A stretch of 64,000 nt of DNA from Ramazzottius varieornatus (Eukaryota > Animalia > Tardigrada): contig BDGG01000003.1 in assembly GCA_001949185.1 (NCBI GenBank), positions 2,297,663-2,361,662 on the forward strand. Direction: 5' to 3'. The position numbers and the translations under genes were made by a program. Shown piece after piece: positions 58,750-64,000 of this stretch; the stretch's first letter is position 1; each line of letters opens with the position of its first letter. The notes beneath the pieces are model-generated. The model was not told where the DNA came from. It did not search any database and saw nothing but the letters and a program-made list of their open reading frames with translations.

Positions 58750-61700
58750 CTACTGGTCACACTGCTCTGGAGGGATGTTATCAGGGCAGACACATTTGGG
58801 CCGACTTCCAGGCATTGGAAGGCAGATGTGTCTGCATCCTCCGTTTTGATTCGAGCACAGGTTTTGTACTGCAAAATACAGAAAATTGCCATAGGAAAAA
58901 TAATCCAAACGAAGTTGGACGACGGCTAGGAGACCGCGGTGCCAGTACTTACGCCGTGGGCAGACATCAGGAACGGATACAATGCCGTAGACTTTGCCGC
59001 TACTTCCAAGCGGCAGTTCGTGCGTCCTCACATCAGCACCATTCTTGCTTACGCTCATGATGTTATTTCTGTAAACCAAACCATTTTTGCGTAATGATTA
59101 CCGCCAAAACAATCTCGGCTGGTCACAGTACTTACGCTCCCCAATCGGTCCAGTATAACCGCGAATCATGGACTGTCATACTGAAAGGATACTGCGCTCC
59201 GAAGTACACCATTCGCCGGTTGTTACCATCAAGCGTTACACACTCGATCTTCTGGTTCCCTGCAAAACGAGCCATTCCCCCATGGCGCAACAGCCTTATG
59301 TTACTAGTTCGTTTTACTCCAGTCACCAGTATACGTACCGGCATCCGCCCAACAAAGGTCGTCAGTGGTATGGTCCACAGCCAGGGCGTTAGGTAGGCCC
59401 AGGTCGCGGTTGACCAGTGTTCGGCGGTCAGATCCATCCATGTTAGCCGTTTCGATCTTTGGATTGCTACGAACCCAGTCAGTCCAATAGATGGCACTAT
59501 ACAAGACAGCTCACTGTCAATTGACTATCAGACTTGCCACTTGCCAGGCTCCACTATCACTACACCTACCCTCGTTCCGGATGGACTGCGATGGCTCGTG
59601 GATTAGTCAAGTTCTTGCTGATGACCACCTTGTACCCAGCCTTCATATCGGTCAGCTTGGCGACAGCGATGTGGTCGTTCTGTGAATCTGTCCAGAAGAT
59701 GTTATGACTGGCATGGTCGACGGCCAGCCCTTCGGCCGATGGGACTAAACGGCAAATATTAAGAATTACACAGTAGGATAATTTCTCGAAGCTTCTTCAT
59801 GGAGCACGAAAAAGTTATGGTACCTTCTCGAAGAACGGCTTCGATCTCAGTGCCGTCATACCGAGCGCGGTTGATGGTGTTACCGGCGATGTCGGACCAG
59901 TACAAGAAGTTATCGGCGCAGTCCACGCTGATACCGACAGCCGTCTGTCCTGGCACGATGGCCAGCTGTCCGCCACGTTCCATGGAGTTGCGGTCTGTGG
60001 AAAGCTTCACGACGGACATGCCTTGGGTGAAAGCCAAGAACCCTCCGCGACTCGTTGGCTTTGCTACATGGAACTTCCAGTTGGACCATGTTTCTCATGA
60101 GGTATTTGCGAAGGGACAAGGAATTACGCACCGCGACAATTTTGGCCATTTCCTTCAAAGCCAGGAAGGCATTGACAAGCGAAGGCTCCATCAGCTCCGG
60201 GAATGCATGCGGCATCTCGACCGCATTGTCGTGGGTCGTGGTAGCAGGAACCTGGTGGCGCCACCGGCTGACTTTGAGCGCCTAAGAAGAAACAAAAATT
60301 AATGTTAACAATACTCTTCTACCAAACGAAAAAATTGTTGTATAAACGAGCGTTGCGGACACTGCTTTAGTGTCTTTTACGAAAATGTTGTGGTGCAACA
60401 GAAATTTTACCGGCGTGGCCAAGTTGACACTGTCGTCCATTTCCAACATAGCCGGCGAAACAGGCACAGACTGGGCGACCTTGGCTGTCACGCTGACAGC
60501 GGGCGTTGACGTCACAGATTTCCGGCTGACTGGCACAATCGGCTTCTTCTGTTCAAAACATAGGGAAGACCCCGTGAAAAACAGAAGACTTGCAGACATT
60601 AATACTGTCGAAACTTACCGTTGATTGCAGATCCTAAAGTACAACGCATTCCATCTCCCGCGAATCCTTCTCGGCATCGACAGACTTGACGTTGCGACTG
60701 CGGATCGGCCACACAGTCGGCGTTTGGGTCGCAGTTGTTTACCATCTCGCAAGAGCCTTCTGCAATATTCCGAACGTCAAAAATATAGCCAAAGTACGCT
60801 TCTTTCCCAGTGAAGCAAGGCCAAAATTCACCTGACTCTTCCGCTGTTCTGCACTGTCGTCCATCTCCAATGTAGCCGGAAAGACAACGGCAAGTGAAAG
60901 ACCCTTCATTGTTAATGCATTCGGCGTGTGGGCTGCACTCGTTTCTCACAGCGCACTCATTTACATCTGAAGACAAACCACCACTAGATTTTCCGGGGAA
61001 AAAAAGTTACTGCAGAAGGTCATACCGTAGCAGTCGAGAGGTTTTGCGTTGGCATCACTTCCGGGTCTTGGTTCATATCCTTGTCTGCACATACATTGGG
61101 CTTGGTCGCCTTGAGGGAGGCAGTTGGCGTAGGTTCCGCAGTCAACACCAGCACAAGCATTGGTACCACCTATATGACAATACAGCCTGATGAAGCCTAC
61201 TTTCCCCTGGTCGGTGTGCACAGGCCTGGAAGGACTTACCCGCTCCCAGCTCGGTAATCTTGGCATCCATGCCGAACCTCGATGCCTGTTCCTGTTGTTG
61301 GTACAGCGACACCAGGCGGGTGATGTGAAGACGGACGGACTTGCCCACCGAAGCTTCCTGGTCGAAGGGACAGGGCGTGTAAGTGATGGTCTCTTCCACT
61401 GTGTACGGGACGGACTGGTCTCCGCTCTTGACGTTACTCCTCGAGTACGACTGAATATTGCCTGTAAATGGACGAGAGCTAGCTGCCAACTAGACGAATC
61501 CATAAACGATATTTCAGCCAGATTGAATTACCCGCTGAGACTTGTCGGTACTCAACATGATGGTCTTCATATTCCGTCGTCTGTCCAGCTGCGATGGCCG
61601 GGGCAGTCCCCGTGATGTACAGTGTACTGTGTAACATGTTGTGTTCGTCCAGGCCGGAGAACTTCTGCGAGACGTGGACGGACTGGCCGGAGTTGGGGAA

Positions 61701-64000
61701 GCGGACAGTCGCCGTGTGGTTGAAAACTCCACCTGGCGAAAAGGCGATTATTGACTGTTCCAGTACTGCAAGAATGAGAACGAGAAAGGGCCAAAATACC
61801 CAACCTGTGACCGACAGGCCGTTCTTCAGTCCGCTGTCGGGAAGCGCAAAGAGCCATCCGACGATGGAGGCAACCGGGAGGACAGTCTGAAGTGTGTCGC
61901 CCACGTTGTTGGGGATGGGACTAAAGGCCACGTAAACTCGCCCTTCGTTGACCACGATGTAGTTGTGCATCAAGGCTCCACCAAAGTTCAGCCCGTTCAG
62001 CTGGCCGGAAACTTGTCCATTCATACGCTGAGGCTCATCTGCAAAATTTGTGCACAGAATGACTATAAATATTCGGCTAGGAGAAGGCGGGGGACCCGAC
62101 GAGAAGCGTACCTTTGTTGAAGCAGATCTTTCCGTTGCCATAAAACTGAGGCCCGCATTCACAGCAGCTGCCACCGTTCTTTGCCGCGCATGTGGCCTCT
62201 TGATGGCACTGCGAGCTACTTTGACAGACAACTTTACCGGCGTCCTGTTGACCATGGCTGTTCGGCGTTGGTGGCTGGACGGGTACTCGATATCCCTCGG
62301 TCGCTGTAAGCAAGGAACCAACACTAGTGGTGAAATTTTTACGGAAATCAGAACGGTCTCTGCTGACTGGGCCGAACCTGTTGGATAAGTTGGAGCTTGT
62401 TCAGGTGGTCTTTGTGCATGGTTAAGATTAGCGAAAGGATGCCGGTCGTCGATATCGTCCCTCGTCAGAGGTGGTGACTGCTCGGCATCATGTCGGCTTG
62501 CTTCGTCATCATCGTTGGCACCTGCTTCTGATTCGCGGGTGGGCGTCGCCGCACCTTGATCAGGTAGTCCGATGTGGTACGTGTGGATACCATCGGAAGT
62601 GGCTCCGTCTGGAGTACTCCGCCTGTAAAATGCCTTTCGCATTGATCGTGACTACTTTATACAAATTGCGAGAGTTGCACACTTACGTTGGTAAGAGTCG
62701 AAGATAGTCCGAGTTTGATCCATCTAAGGTCTGGAATTTGGATTCCGACTCGAAGCCAGCCTGGCCATAGAGCTCCGCTTGGCCTTCGGTTCTTGGCAGG
62801 GTCTTCGCCCAGACGAGCGCGCCGATGGGATATAAGAAGAATGCGAAGCTGTCCTCCCCACTATTTGCGACAGCCAGCTGGAATGTGTTGGTCTACCCAA
62901 TATCAGAAGGAGCAGGTTGTTACTCCAGAAGACTCGAATATATGGCGATAAAAGTAAGCAAGCTTCGTACATAGGTTGTAGGAAGACCATAGCCGATCAC
63001 GTCATCCCATGTTGCGATAAAGACACTCCGAGTTTGGAAGGCAGTTTCGGTAGGGTAGGTTTGATGGACCAATGTATTGGCTTTGTCCAAGATCTCTTGC
63101 TTCGTGGACTCCCTGCAAAAGAAGAGCCCGACGCTTTACGATTGTTCGGTATATCTTCCTGAGCGGAAACACAAACAAAATCTCTTCCATACCGGTAACT
63201 GACAACCCCAGCATCTTCTCCCAGAATGTCGGCGTAGAATGGTGCGATTGCCGGTACGTTTAGAGGAAACGGGCGGATCGGCGCATTAGCGTCCAGTTCC
63301 TTAGTGAATGTCACGATACCTTTCGTGCTGACCTAAAGCACGTAGTGAGGATTATTGTGCTAACTTATATGTCACTGTGGTGCCCATTTCCTTCGCTATA
63401 CGTCCTTGGTTGGTTTCGAGCAAGGCTTCATTTGTGTAATGATTATCGACCTCAAAGAACACCAGCTCGAAAGGAAAACATAAGAACATACTCAGGATCC
63501 AATTTAATTTCTGCTATCTGAACTTTTGCATAAAGTTCTTCACACGGCGCAAAAGAGACCTTCGTCATTCCCGGAACGAAGAGAGATTTCCCAGCGATTA
63601 CAGTGGGAATTTAAACTACCAGACATCTGCAGGTTAAAGGTCACATCAGATGGCCTCGAATAGTAAAAATTCGCAAGATGGGTCCATTTTCCTATCAACG
63701 TATCCAGCGTTTGCACGGATCGTAGGTGCTGTCCGCACCTGACCCATAACAATTTACTATGAATTTTCGATTGTCAGTTCGCCAATGTTCAAATATTGGA
63801 TATTTGAAATTTCACTCACGTAGACGGTGGAGTATTTCTTTCCGTAAAGAACAATCGGATAGGTTAGCTGCAATGGTCCACCTGTCGCTTCCGCCGTCAC
63901 AAACTGATCGATTTCTTCACCGGAAACTTGCCCATAGGGAAACAGTTCCTCCTTGGTAATCGCATCGGTCCTGCTAACCAGCAATAACACATATAGAGAT
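58750..64000 (-). CDS. Ndg: Nidogen/entactin (5' end just beyond window)
   Basis: Signal-peptide end at the window edge, NIDO (LFPYG...IAPFYAD), EGF, G2F ([13 protein letters not shown]...VGWLFA...NGLSVTG) and several EGF/cbEGF ([26 protein letters not shown]). YWTD/LY repeats (LYWSD, IFWTD, IYWTD, LYWTD) and a terminal EGF follow. Confidence 0.95.

Noticed and set aside
61479-62642. 387-aa minus-strand ORF as a single protein
   Set aside because: Read-through of nidogen introns with partly out-of-frame exons; only parts are real nidogen sequence.

Overview
Eukaryotic (metazoan) genomic DNA with many short GT-AG introns. It looks like a compact invertebrate genome; a tardigrade is plausible but cannot be proven from the sequence. 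Recognisable genes: an intronless expanded CDV3-like gene, an orphan TMEM208 3' exon, a PY-motif single-pass membrane protein, PCCA, ARMT1, an AT-hook/SNAPC2-like gene, MTSS1/MIM, two tandem 4-TM (MARVEL-like) genes, an EMI-FAS1 (TGFBI/periostin-like) gene and nidogen. The standout is a 13-exon gene (7294-22537, +) reconstructed by hand. It joins an N-terminal chromo-barrel (Tudor-knot) reader domain, through a long Lys-rich linker, to a PINIT + SP-RING (PIAS/Siz-type) SUMO E3 module that has no SAP domain. Its large introns hold a nested stack of DNA transposons. The window also carries two intron-containing Tc4/Tc5-like DD37D transposons (TGA target duplications), two pogo remnants and several hAT-type MITEs. 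A ~125-bp palindromic element with a conserved CAAGTGGCGCAC core occurs in 13 copies plus one half-copy. All exon coordinates and translations were read manually and no database search was run.
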